A stretch of 64,000 nt of DNA from Candidatus Firestoneibacteriota bacterium (lineage in GTDB: Bacteria; Oederibacteriota; D2-FULL-39-29; CAIOVX01), in NCBI GenBank assembly GCA_903861835.1, contig CAIOVX010000035.1, positions 2,220-66,219 of the forward strand, in the 5' to 3' direction. The notes below the pieces were generated by a model. It did not search any database. It saw nothing but the letters and a program-made list of their open reading frames with translations, and had not been told where the DNA came from. Shown here one piece after another: positions 52,051 through 60,147 of this stretch (positions are counted from its first letter, which is position 1; every line of letters begins with the position of its first letter). A program made the translations under genes and the position numbers.

Positions 52051-54939
52051 ATGGACAAGATTAAAGAACTTATTAACCATCTCAGCTGCGATCCTGCCCA
52101 CAAGGAAGCGCTGATACATATCCACCGCATCCCGGAAAAAGCAGGGAAGTACGCGCCTTTGCCCGATAGTCTCTCGGAAGGCACGAAGAGCTTTCTTGCC
52201 GGGAAAGGAATCACGAAGCTCTATTCCCACCAAGTTGAAGCCCTAAAGATTATAGCCGAAGGAAAGAACGCGGCGATTGTCACGCCAACCGCAAGCGGCA
52301 AGACAATGATTTACAATATACCGGTCATTGAAAGACGCCTAAAAGAAACCGGCGCAAAAGCGCTTTACCTTTATCCCCTAAAAGCGCTCGCTCAGGATCA
52401 GTTCAAAACCATCCTGGAGTTCGGCGAAGCTCTCTTCCCGAAGGGAACCAACCTTGCCGCCATCTATGACGGCGACACCTCTGCTTACCGGCGGCTTAAG
52501 ATAAGGCAAAACTGCCCAAGTATTGTTGTTACAAATCCAGATATGCTGCATCTGGGAATACTCCCTTATCATTCTGCCTGGGCAGCGCTCTTTAAAAATC
52601 TCAAATATGTGGTCATTGATGAGGTGCATTCCTATAGAGGCGTATTCGGCTCGCATGTAGCGCATATAATCCGCCGGCTCAGACGCGTCTGCGAATACTA
52701 CGGCAGCAACCCGCAATTCATAACCTCAAGCGCAACCATAGCCAATCCCGGGAAGTTTATCAAGGAACTGACCGGCCTTGAGTTTGCGGTTGTAACCGAG
52801 AGCGGAGCTCCCCAGTCAGGAAAATATTTTTGCCTCTGGAATCCGTTGGAATCGCCCTACACCGAAGCTGCTCACCTGATGCGGGAATGCTTAAACAGCG
52901 GACTGAAGACTATTGTTTTTACAAAAGCAAGAAAGGTAACGGAACTCATTTACCAATGGATAACACAGCTTGCACCAAAATACAGCAAGAAGATAGCCGC
53001 CTACCGAGCAGGCTATCTTCCGGAAGAACGAAGACAGATTGAACAGAAACTCTTCTCCGAAGAACTGCTCGGAGTCATCTCCACATCGGCGCTGGAAGTG
53101 GGCATAGATATCGGAGGGCTGGATGCCTGTATTATGGTCGGCTATCCGGGCAGCATGATGAGCACCTGGCAGAGAAGCGGAAGGGTAGGAAGGATTGACA
53201 GCGCCCTCGTTATCCTCATAACTCTGCAGGACGCCATAGACCAGTTTTTCGCGCTGCACCCGGAAAACTTCTTTACGAAAGAGACAGAAGCTGCGATAGT
53301 GGATGTGAATAATAGCATCATTTCGGAGGCTCATTTCGCCTGCGCCGCCTTCGAACTCCCTCTTGATCAGCTCAAAGACGCCAAATTTTACGCTACCGGC
53401 ATTCAGGCCGCCCTGGAAGCCCTGGCAGCAAAGAACAGGCTCCAGAAGAGCGTGGAAGGCCTTTATTTCAGCTGCCAGAGACATCCTGAGCGCTTTGTAG
53501 GCATCCGCTCTATTGGCGACTCCTTTATGATAATAGACTCAGACAAGAGCAGCATCATAGGCGAGATCGACTATCCGCGGGTTCTCTCGGAGTGTTTCCC
53601 CTCAGCCATCTATCTTCACTCCGGGCTGCAGTACGAAGTCCGAGAACTTGACCTGCTGAACAAAAAAGTAAAAGCAGCGGAAATCGACGCAGATTACTAC
53701 ACCCAGCCAAGATCCACCGAGGAAGTTGAGATACTTGAAATCTTCAAACATAAATCCTACGGTAAGATAACCGTAAAGTACGGGCGGGTCCGGGTAACCG
53801 AGCAGGTAACCGGCTACGTTAGAAAAAAAATGTATAACCAGGTTATATTTGACGAGCACGAATTGACACTGCCGGCCCATATTTTCGAGACCACCGCAAT
53901 CTGGTTTGAGATACCCAATACGCTAAAGGAAACGATACGCGACTCTGATATCGGGGATTTCAAGGGGGGAATACACGCCGCCGAACATGCCCTGATATCA
54001 ATTTTCCCGCTATTTGCGCTTTGCGACAGGCTTGACCTCGGCGGGGTTTCGTACGACTTTTACACACAGTTCAATTCTCCGGGAATATTTATTTATGACG
54101 CGCATTCCGGAGGAGTGGGGCTTTCAGAAAAGGCTTATGAAATAATCCACGAACTTGTGCCTGCTACTCTTAAAATGATTCTCTCTTGTCCCTGCGATGA
54201 TGGCTGTCCTTCCTGCATTCAATCTAACAAGTGCGGGAATGGCAACAAGCCCCTGGATAAGACCGCGGCGGAGCATATCCTAAAGGCTTTTCTGACGGAA
54301 GAAGGAATCGGCAAAGAGGTAATTCCTGCCGCCTGCCAGCCAAAAGCGGCAGCGCCTGAAGTTAAAGCGCCGCAAAAAGCGGACTTTTCAGGCAAGAACA
54401 TTGTTTTTCTTGATATTGAGACCCAGCTTTCAGCCCAGGAAGTCGGCGGTTGGAATAAAAAGCATCTGATGAAGATCGCCTGTCTGGTGCTCTATTCTAC
54501 TCGCCAGGGCAAATATCTCTCCTATACGGAAGAGAATATAAATGAGGCAGTGGAAGAGATAAAAAAAGCGGATATAGTAGTAGGGTTCAACATAAAGAGC
54601 TTTGACTGGGCAGTTCTCGCGCCTTACACTCAACTTGACCTTTTAAAAATACCGACGCTTGACCTGCTTGAAGAAGTAAAGAAACAAATCAATTTCAGGC
54701 TGAGCCTTGACCATTTATCGATGACAAACCTGAGCAAGGGAAAATCTGCTGATGGGCTGCAGTCACTCCAATGGTTCCGGGAAGGAAAAATACAACAAGT
54801 GATTGAATACTGCCAGTTTGATGTCCAGCTTACTAAAGAGCTCTTTGAACTCGCGCTCGAAAGAGGCTACTTGCTCTATGTAACCAGGGAAGGAAGGCAG
54901 CTTCAAATCCCGCTGGACCTAACTAAGAACATTTTCTAA
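52051..54939 (+). CDS. MrfA/YprA-like DExH helicase with a DUF1998 (MZB) zinc domain, fused to a C-terminal RNase H-fold 3'-5' exonuclease domain
   Basis: Helicase motifs are I PTASGKT, II DEVH, III SSAT and VI QRSGRVGR. The DUF1998 four-Cys cluster is CPCDDGCPSC...KCGNGN. The C-terminal roughly 185 aa carry DEDD-type motifs (VFLDIET; GFNIKSFDWAVL; YCQFDVQLT). Confidence 0.85.
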   Translation: MDKIKELINHLSCDPAHKEALIHIHRIPEKAGKYAPLPDSLSEGTKSFLAGKGITKLYSHQVEALKIIAEGKNAAIVTPTASGKTMIYNIPVIERRLKETGAKALYLYPLKALAQDQFKTILEFGEALFPKGTNLAAIYDGDTSAYRRLKIRQNCPSIVVTNPDMLHLGILPYHSAWAALFKNLKYVVIDEVHSYRGVFGSHVAHIIRRLRRVCEYYGSNPQFITSSATIANPGKFIKELTGLEFAVVTESGAPQSGKYFCLWNPLESPYTEAAHLMRECLNSGLKTIVFTKARKVTELIYQWITQLAPKYSKKIAAYRAGYLPEERRQIEQKLFSEELLGVISTSALEVGIDIGGLDACIMVGYPGSMMSTWQRSGRVGRIDSALVILITLQDAIDQFFALHPENFFTKETEAAIVDVNNSIISEAHFACAAFELPLDQLKDAKFYATGIQAALEALAAKNRLQKSVEGLYFSCQRHPERFVGIRSIGDSFMIIDSDKSSIIGEIDYPRVLSECFPSAIYLHSGLQYEVRELDLLNKKVKAAEIDADYYTQPRSTEEVEILEIFKHKSYGKITVKYGRVRVTEQVTGYVRKKMYNQVIFDEHELTLPAHIFETTAIWFEIPNTLKETIRDSDIGDFKGGIHAAEHALISIFPLFALCDRLDLGGVSYDFYTQFNSPGIFIYDAHSGGVGLSEKAYEIIHELVPATLKMILSCPCDDGCPSCIQSNKCGNGNKPLDKTAAEHILKAFLTEEGIGKEVIPAACQPKAAAPEVKAPQKADFSGKNIVFLDIETQLSAQEVGGWNKKHLMKIACLVLYSTRQGKYLSYTEENINEAVEEIKKADIVVGFNIKSFDWAVLAPYTQLDLLKIPTLDLLEEVKKQINFRLSLDHLSMTNLSKGKSADGLQSLQWFREGKIQQVIEYCQFDVQLTKELFELALERGYLLYVTREGRQLQIPLDLTKNIF

Positions 54940-54955
54940 CGAAAAGGGGCGAGCA

Positions 54956-56401
54956 ATGCGCATATTCCGCAACTTATTTCCAGGGACCAAAAATAATATT
55001 TTTACTTCAGGTACGCTTAAATACACATTTGGCGGAATGGTTATTCTTTTCATCTGGCTCTTGTGGGGAGATTTCATTTTTAATATATTCGACATTGCGC
55101 TGCTCCAGCAGGTAATGCCTCTAAAGCTAAAAGCTCTCGGGGCTTCTGACACCTTGAACGCCGCCGTAAACAAGTCGCTTGCCGCGTTCATAACATTTTT
55201 CATGACGCCGTTCATAAGCTTCCGCTCTGACCGCCATCGCGGGAAGACGGGACGCAGAATACCTTTTCTCCGATGGTCAACGCCTTTTGTCGGACTTTTT
55301 ATGGTGCTGATGGGGTTTTCTGACTCTTTTGCGGCGCTGCTATCCGGAACATCACAGGTATTTCAGATTGCCGGGCTTACGATAACCAAACCTGTCTTGA
55401 CGCTGATATTGATTTCTATTTTTCTGGTAGGCTTTGACTTTACTTCTTCTTATGTCAACACGCTCTTCTGGTATCTGATAAATGATGTGGTTCCGCAAAA
55501 AACTATGTCACGGTTCATAGCAATGTTCAAGATTATCGGATTTCTTGCGGTCATGCTCTTCAACAAGTACATTTTTCCATCATCTCTGGACCATTTCAGG
55601 CTGATTTTTGCCGTCTCAGGAGCAGCCTATGTAATCGGCTTCATGATAATGTGCTTTACAGTCAAGGAAGGGGAGTATCCTCCGCCTCCATCAGGAGAGC
55701 AGCCGGGATTTATTCCGGCAATAAAGACCTACTGGCGCGAGTGCTTCAGTCACAGAATCTACATGCTGGTCTTCATGACGAGCGTGTTCTACCTGCTTTC
55801 GTCTGCTTCCTCGAATTTCGCGATACTCAGAAACACGGCTGCACTCGGGTTATCTATGAAAGATGTAGGCAATATGAATTTTTATACAGGGATAGTTAAC
55901 CTGGCGGTTCTTTTCCCCGCTGCCTGGCTGGCGGACAGGTTCCATCCGCTCAGAACATTTCTCTGGGGGCTTATCGCATATTTTGTACTTCACCTGTTCC
56001 AGTGTGTTTGGATATTTAAAGATTTCGGAGAAGCAAACCTGAGCTTGTTGTACATGTTTACGATAGCGCAGAACTGTATCATGGCGATACTTATGACCTC
56101 CGAAATACCAATGTATATGAGAATATTTCCGCGCGCGCAGTACGGGCAGTTCTGCGGCGCAAACGCCATGATAAGGACTCTTTTCTTCATACCGGGAAGT
56201 ATACTGGCCGGCTACTGTTTTGATATGCTGCATAAGTTCACCGGCCCCGGCGACTGGCAGTATAGATACTATCCTCTTTGGACTGCAGTTGTAATATTGC
56301 CGGGTATCTTTTTTGCTTTCAGTTTGCGCAGAGAGTGGAAACGCCTCGGAGGCGCGTCAGATTTTAGGCCGCCTGAACAGGTACCTCCTTGCGGTCTCTG
56401 A
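54956..56401 (+). CDS. MFS-type transporter (12 TM)
   Basis: It has twelve hydrophobic helices in a 6+6 arrangement and a loop motif RSDRHRGKTGRRIPF after TM2 (MFS signature-like). Confidence 0.6.
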   Translation: MRIFRNLFPGTKNNIFTSGTLKYTFGGMVILFIWLLWGDFIFNIFDIALLQQVMPLKLKALGASDTLNAAVNKSLAAFITFFMTPFISFRSDRHRGKTGRRIPFLRWSTPFVGLFMVLMGFSDSFAALLSGTSQVFQIAGLTITKPVLTLILISIFLVGFDFTSSYVNTLFWYLINDVVPQKTMSRFIAMFKIIGFLAVMLFNKYIFPSSLDHFRLIFAVSGAAYVIGFMIMCFTVKEGEYPPPPSGEQPGFIPAIKTYWRECFSHRIYMLVFMTSVFYLLSSASSNFAILRNTAALGLSMKDVGNMNFYTGIVNLAVLFPAAWLADRFHPLRTFLWGLIAYFVLHLFQCVWIFKDFGEANLSLLYMFTIAQNCIMAILMTSEIPMYMRIFPRAQYGQFCGANAMIRTLFFIPGSILAGYCFDMLHKFTGPGDWQYRYYPLWTAVVILPGIFFAFSLRREWKRLGGASDFRPPEQVPPCGL

Positions 56402-56437
56402 TAAGCCTTTGCCTGATCGCCTGCTGAAAATTAGATG

Positions 56438-56467
56438 ATTGTCATTATCAGCCTGATTTGCTAAAAT
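56438..56467 (+). promoter_or_regulatory. sigma-70-type promoter (TTGTCA - 18 nt - TAAAAT), 6 nt upstream of the cinA ATG
   Basis: TTGTCA is at 56438-56443 and TAAAAT at 56462-56467. The start is ATG 56474, with no SD. Confidence 0.4.
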
Positions 56468-56473
56468 AATTAA

Positions 56474-57748
56474 ATGACAGAATATTTCAAACAGGTCTCC
56501 GCCGAAATAGTAACCGTAGGCACGGAACTCCTGCTTGGCCATCTTATTGATACCAACTCCGCTTACCTCGGGCAAAAACTCGCTGAGATAGGCATAAATG
56601 TCTACTTTAAGAGCTCCGTCGGAGATAACGACGATCGCCTCCTGCAGGTCCTCAAACAAGCAGCAGACAGAGCTGATATTGTCGTAATTACGGGAGGACT
56701 GGGGCCCACGGTCGACGATATCACAAAGAACGCAGTTGTAAAACTCTTGAACAGAAAACTTATTCTCAATGAAAGGATACTGGAGAAGCTGCGCGCTTTT
56801 TTTTCTGCCAGAAATATTACAATGGCTCAAAATAACGTTTCCCAGGCACTGGTCCCTTCAGGAGCCGTAATTATAGAGAATAACAACGGTACTGCGCCCG
56901 GTCTCAGGCTGCAGAATGAAAACGGGAAAGTATTTATTCTTATGCCGGGCGTTCCGAGAGAAATGAAATTGATGACAGAGGAAAGCGTTCTCCCGTTCCT
57001 GAAAGAGACTTTCCGCCTTGAAGAAACTATACGTTCCCGGACTCTAAAATGTTTCGGGCTCGGCGAATCCACCGTTGACGAAAAGATTAATGACCTCTTT
57101 ACGCATTCGACCAACCCCACTATTGCTCTGCTTGCTTCGCATACTGAAGTCATGATACGCCTTACTTCAAAAGCCAAATCGGTAGAGGCCGCAGCCGAGG
57201 CAATAGGAAGAGTGGAAACAGAGATACTGCGCAGGTTGGGCGAAAATATTTTTGCCGCCGATGAAGGGAGTATGGAAAGAACGGTAGCCGGGTTGCTGAC
57301 TGCCGCCAAACTGCAGTTATCCGTAGCTGAATCCTGCACCGGCGGCTTAATCGCTAATAAGTTGACCGATATCCCGGGAGCTTCAAAGTTTCTTAAGCTC
57401 GGCATAGTTTGCTACAGCAATGATTCCAAAGAGGAGCTTCTAAAAGTGCCCGCCACTGCGCTCACAAAGTACGGAGCGGTAAGCAGTCAAGTAGCAGAAG
57501 AAATGGCCCTTGGAGTTAAAAAACTATCCGGTACCGCTCTGGGGCTTGCCGTAACAGGCATTGCCGGACCTGGCGGCGAGACCGCCGGAAAACCGGTCGG
57601 GCTGGTCTATATAGCCCTTTCTACGCCGGCTGGAATGCAATTTAAAGAGTGCAGATTCAACGGAGACAGGGTTAAAATAAAAGAGCAGTCTGCTCAGACT
57701 GCTCTTGATATGCTCAGAAGATACCTTCTTGCCTCTCAAACACGCTGA
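56474..57748 (+). CDS. cinA: CinA family protein (MoCF-biosynthesis-like domain plus nicotinamide-nucleotide amidohydrolase PncC domain)
   Basis: Motifs are AEIVTVGTELLLGHLIDTNSAYL, VVITGGLGPTVDDIT, and the C-terminal SVAESCTGGLIA and GIAGPGG. Confidence 0.9.
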   Translation: MTEYFKQVSAEIVTVGTELLLGHLIDTNSAYLGQKLAEIGINVYFKSSVGDNDDRLLQVLKQAADRADIVVITGGLGPTVDDITKNAVVKLLNRKLILNERILEKLRAFFSARNITMAQNNVSQALVPSGAVIIENNNGTAPGLRLQNENGKVFILMPGVPREMKLMTEESVLPFLKETFRLEETIRSRTLKCFGLGESTVDEKINDLFTHSTNPTIALLASHTEVMIRLTSKAKSVEAAAEAIGRVETEILRRLGENIFAADEGSMERTVAGLLTAAKLQLSVAESCTGGLIANKLTDIPGASKFLKLGIVCYSNDSKEELLKVPATALTKYGAVSSQVAEEMALGVKKLSGTALGLAVTGIAGPGGETAGKPVGLVYIALSTPAGMQFKECRFNGDRVKIKEQSAQTALDMLRRYLLASQTR

Positions 57749-57758
57749 CGAGCCGGCT

Positions 57759-59516
57759 TTATTGCCCCAGCGCCTCCGCTATTATTCTCTTGGCTACAGG
57801 CGCCGCGACTTCCATCCCTTTGCCGCTCCCGTCACAGAGTATTGCCATCGCAATTTTCGGATTATCCGCAGGAGCAAAACAGACAAACCAGCCGTCCAGT
57901 CCTTTTGAAGTTGTCCTGGCCGTTCCGGTCTTGCCTGCCACTTTCATTCCCTGCACGCGGGCCTTCTGCCCCAAACCGCGCTCAACAGCATCTACCATGT
58001 AAAGCGTCAGCTGCGCGGCGGTTTCCTTCTTAATGACATTCTTCATAACTACAGGTTCTTCTTTGTAGACAACCTCACCAAGAATATTCCGAACTTCTTT
58101 GACTAAATAGGGCTTCATTAACACTCCGCCGTTAGCTACGGTAGACGCCATGCAGGCAGCAATAAGGGGAGTGATGCGGAAATGCTTTCCGAGCCCGGTA
58201 GATCTGTCAGCAAGGTCGTACTTGGTCTCGCACTCAAGCGGAATGTTACTCGTAGCCACGGACAGCTGCAGGTCTATCGGGGTATTAAAACCGTATTTAT
58301 TGGCATACTCATATATTTTGTCGTAGCCGAGAACCGCCCCTATCTTCTGGAAAGCGATATTGCAGGACTGGTCAATAGCTTCCTCAACACTTTTAACGTT
58401 ACCGTGTTTCTCCCAGCAGAAGAAGACCTTGCCGTCTATTACAAGAGAACCTTTGCACTTTACGGGGAAGATATCTTTCTCTGATACGCCGCTCTCAATC
58501 ATAGCCGAGGTTGTTATGATTTTGCAAATAGAACCCGGCTCATACAGGCCTTCGAACGCCCTGTTGAGGAAAACATTGTTCTGCATGGCCTTGTACCTTG
58601 AAAGTTCTTTTTCTATCTTGTCCGGATGGAATTTGGGGTTTGATACCGCGGCAAGGATTGCGCCGGTCTTAGGATCAAGAACCACAACAGCGCCCGGAGT
58701 ATTAAGGGCGGAGGAGGCGATACGCTGCATTCTGGAATCAATACATAAAGTAATCGTATTTCCCGGGAAGTTCTTTCCCATCTTATCGAGTAGGCCGAGT
58801 TTGAGTTTGTCGCTGTTGTAGCCGATAATCTTATCCATATTTCCTTCGGCGGAAAAGATGAGTTTTCCTTTTGCGACACTGCGCCGAAGCACCGGCACGC
58901 CGTTGGTGTCTAAAATATAGTCTATGGCGTCCTTATCTTTCTGTTTCTGTGCGAGCTCAAGGTATTTTGTCAGATCAGAGTTCCCGGGAGAGACCACAAG
59001 GCCTTTTTTGTAAACATCAATTGCTTCCTGGATTTTTTCCAGAGCGTGTAGGCTGATCCCCTGGCCGAGCATTCCTTTCTTGTCTCCGGGAATAAGTTTG
59101 TTGTAGTGTTCAAACTCTATAAGAGCCTGTTCGTATTTACCCTTTTTGAGATATTCCTGGCCGTACTTCCTGTGTTCTAATATTCCGCTGTATTTCATTC
59201 CTTTTTCTATCGCCTGAGCATAGTAATCTCTTGCCTGCGCAGAATCTTCTTTTGAGTTGTACATGAAACCAAACCCGTCATATATGAGCGGGTTTGAACT
59301 GTCAAGCGCAAGCGCTTTGTTCAATTCATCGGTCGCGGAATTATAGTTGCCGGCAAGTACATAACTCTTGGAATGCCGCACAAAACCCGCCAATTTCGCA
59401 TTTTTTCCGAAACATCCCTTGTATACCACAAAAGTTAGGAACACAAGGGCTAGGAGTGCCAGGAATCTGACAAACACCGAAAAGTCTTTATTTTTCCTGC
59501 CTAAATTGGTCTTCAA
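57759..59516 (-). CDS. class B penicillin-binding protein transpeptidase with an N-terminal TM anchor and TPR repeats
   Basis: It has a TM anchor (FLALLALVFLTFVVY) and about 4 TPR-like repeats (aa about 55-200). Transpeptidase motifs are SxxK (GSICK), SxN (SCN) and KTG (GKTGT). The start codon is TTG with a GGAGG SD. Confidence 0.85.
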   Translation of the reverse strand: MKTNLGRKNKDFSVFVRFLALLALVFLTFVVYKGCFGKNAKLAGFVRHSKSYVLAGNYNSATDELNKALALDSSNPLIYDGFGFMYNSKEDSAQARDYYAQAIEKGMKYSGILEHRKYGQEYLKKGKYEQALIEFEHYNKLIPGDKKGMLGQGISLHALEKIQEAIDVYKKGLVVSPGNSDLTKYLELAQKQKDKDAIDYILDTNGVPVLRRSVAKGKLIFSAEGNMDKIIGYNSDKLKLGLLDKMGKNFPGNTITLCIDSRMQRIASSALNTPGAVVVLDPKTGAILAAVSNPKFHPDKIEKELSRYKAMQNNVFLNRAFEGLYEPGSICKIITTSAMIESGVSEKDIFPVKCKGSLVIDGKVFFCWEKHGNVKSVEEAIDQSCNIAFQKIGAVLGYDKIYEYANKYGFNTPIDLQLSVATSNIPLECETKYDLADRSTGLGKHFRITPLIAACMASTVANGGVLMKPYLVKEVRNILGEVVYKEEPVVMKNVIKKETAAQLTLYMVDAVERGLGQKARVQGMKVAGKTGTARTTSKGLDGWFVCFAPADNPKIAMAILCDGSGKGMEVAAPVAKRIIAEALGQ

Positions 59517-59592
59517 GGTTTTGCCTCCAAATGCTATATAATGCTGGTAAATGATACTTTATTGCGTATCAGTGTGTCAATACTTAAAAGGC

Positions 59593-59621
59593 TTGACAAC
59601 ATAAGGATTTCGGTATATACT
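59593..59621 (+). promoter_or_regulatory. sigma-70-type promoter for the HU gene (TTGACA - 17 nt - TATACT)
   Basis: TTGACA is at 59593-59598 and TATACT at 59616-59621. A leader of about 50 nt contains a small hairpin (TACCCC...GGGGTA) and an AGGAGG SD. Confidence 0.5.
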
Positions 59622-59676
59622 TTGGAAAAGATACCCCACCATTAAAGATCGGGGTACAAATCAGGAGGTGCCGAAA

Positions 59677-59949
59677 ATGGCAAAGACGGACATAGTAGAA
59701 AAGATTGCTGAAATTGCAAAGATCAACAAAGCTGAAGCGGGAAGGGCTCTTGACGGGCTTGTTGCGTACATAACGGCAGAGCTCAAATCTGGACAGAAAG
59801 TAAAGATTGCAGGTATGGGAACGTTCGTAGTGAAAGACAGAGCTGCAAGAAAGGCAAGGAACCCGAAAACCGGTGAAATGGTTGATGTTCCGGCGAAGAA
59901 AGCTGTAAGGTTTAGATCCAGCAAATCTTTGAAGCTCGCGGTCCTGTAA
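59677..59949 (+). CDS. hup: HU-family DNA-binding protein
   Basis: It is 90 aa long: MAKTDIVEKIAE...GQKVKIAGMGTFVVKDRAARKARNPKTGEMVDVPAKKAVRFRSSKSLK. ATG 59677 lies 8 nt after AGGAGG, and the ORF-track GTG 59668 overlaps the SD. Confidence 0.9.
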   Translation: MAKTDIVEKIAEIAKINKAEAGRALDGLVAYITAELKSGQKVKIAGMGTFVVKDRAARKARNPKTGEMVDVPAKKAVRFRSSKSLKLAVL

Positions 59950-59967
59950 GCTAATTTCGGCACTAAG

Positions 59968-60003
59968 AAAAGCCCCGCTTGTATTCAAGCGGGGCTTTTT
60001 TTT
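59968..60003 (+). terminator. rho-independent terminator after hup
   Basis: The stem is AGCCCCGCTTG (59971-59981) with CAAGCGGGGCT (59986-59996), followed by a T8 run. Confidence 0.8.
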
Positions 60004-60110
60004 GCTTAGACTTTCCCCGTAGTGTAATCGTCCCGCGCAGCCCACAACATATGGTATAGTTTTTGCCTCGCTGGTACCTGCCTTATTGAAGAAAATAGAA
60101 GTTGTTTGTA

Positions 60111-60139
60111 TTGCATACTACTCGCAAAAGTATTATAAT
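60111..60139 (+). promoter_or_regulatory. sigma-70-type promoter (TTGCAT - 17 nt - TATAAT), 8 nt upstream of ATG 60148
   Basis: TTGCAT is at 60111-60116 and TATAAT at 60134-60139. There is no SD before the ATG. Confidence 0.5.
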
Positions 60140-60147
60140 TTTTCACT

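Noticed and set aside
52051-54939. Interpreting the DUF1998 helicase-nuclease as part of a DISARM or Druantia-type defence island.
   Set aside because: No methyltransferase, PLD nuclease, DruA-D-like or other defence genes flank it, and the neighbours are transporters and cinA. I kept the defence role only as a minor alternative within the MrfAB-fusion finding.
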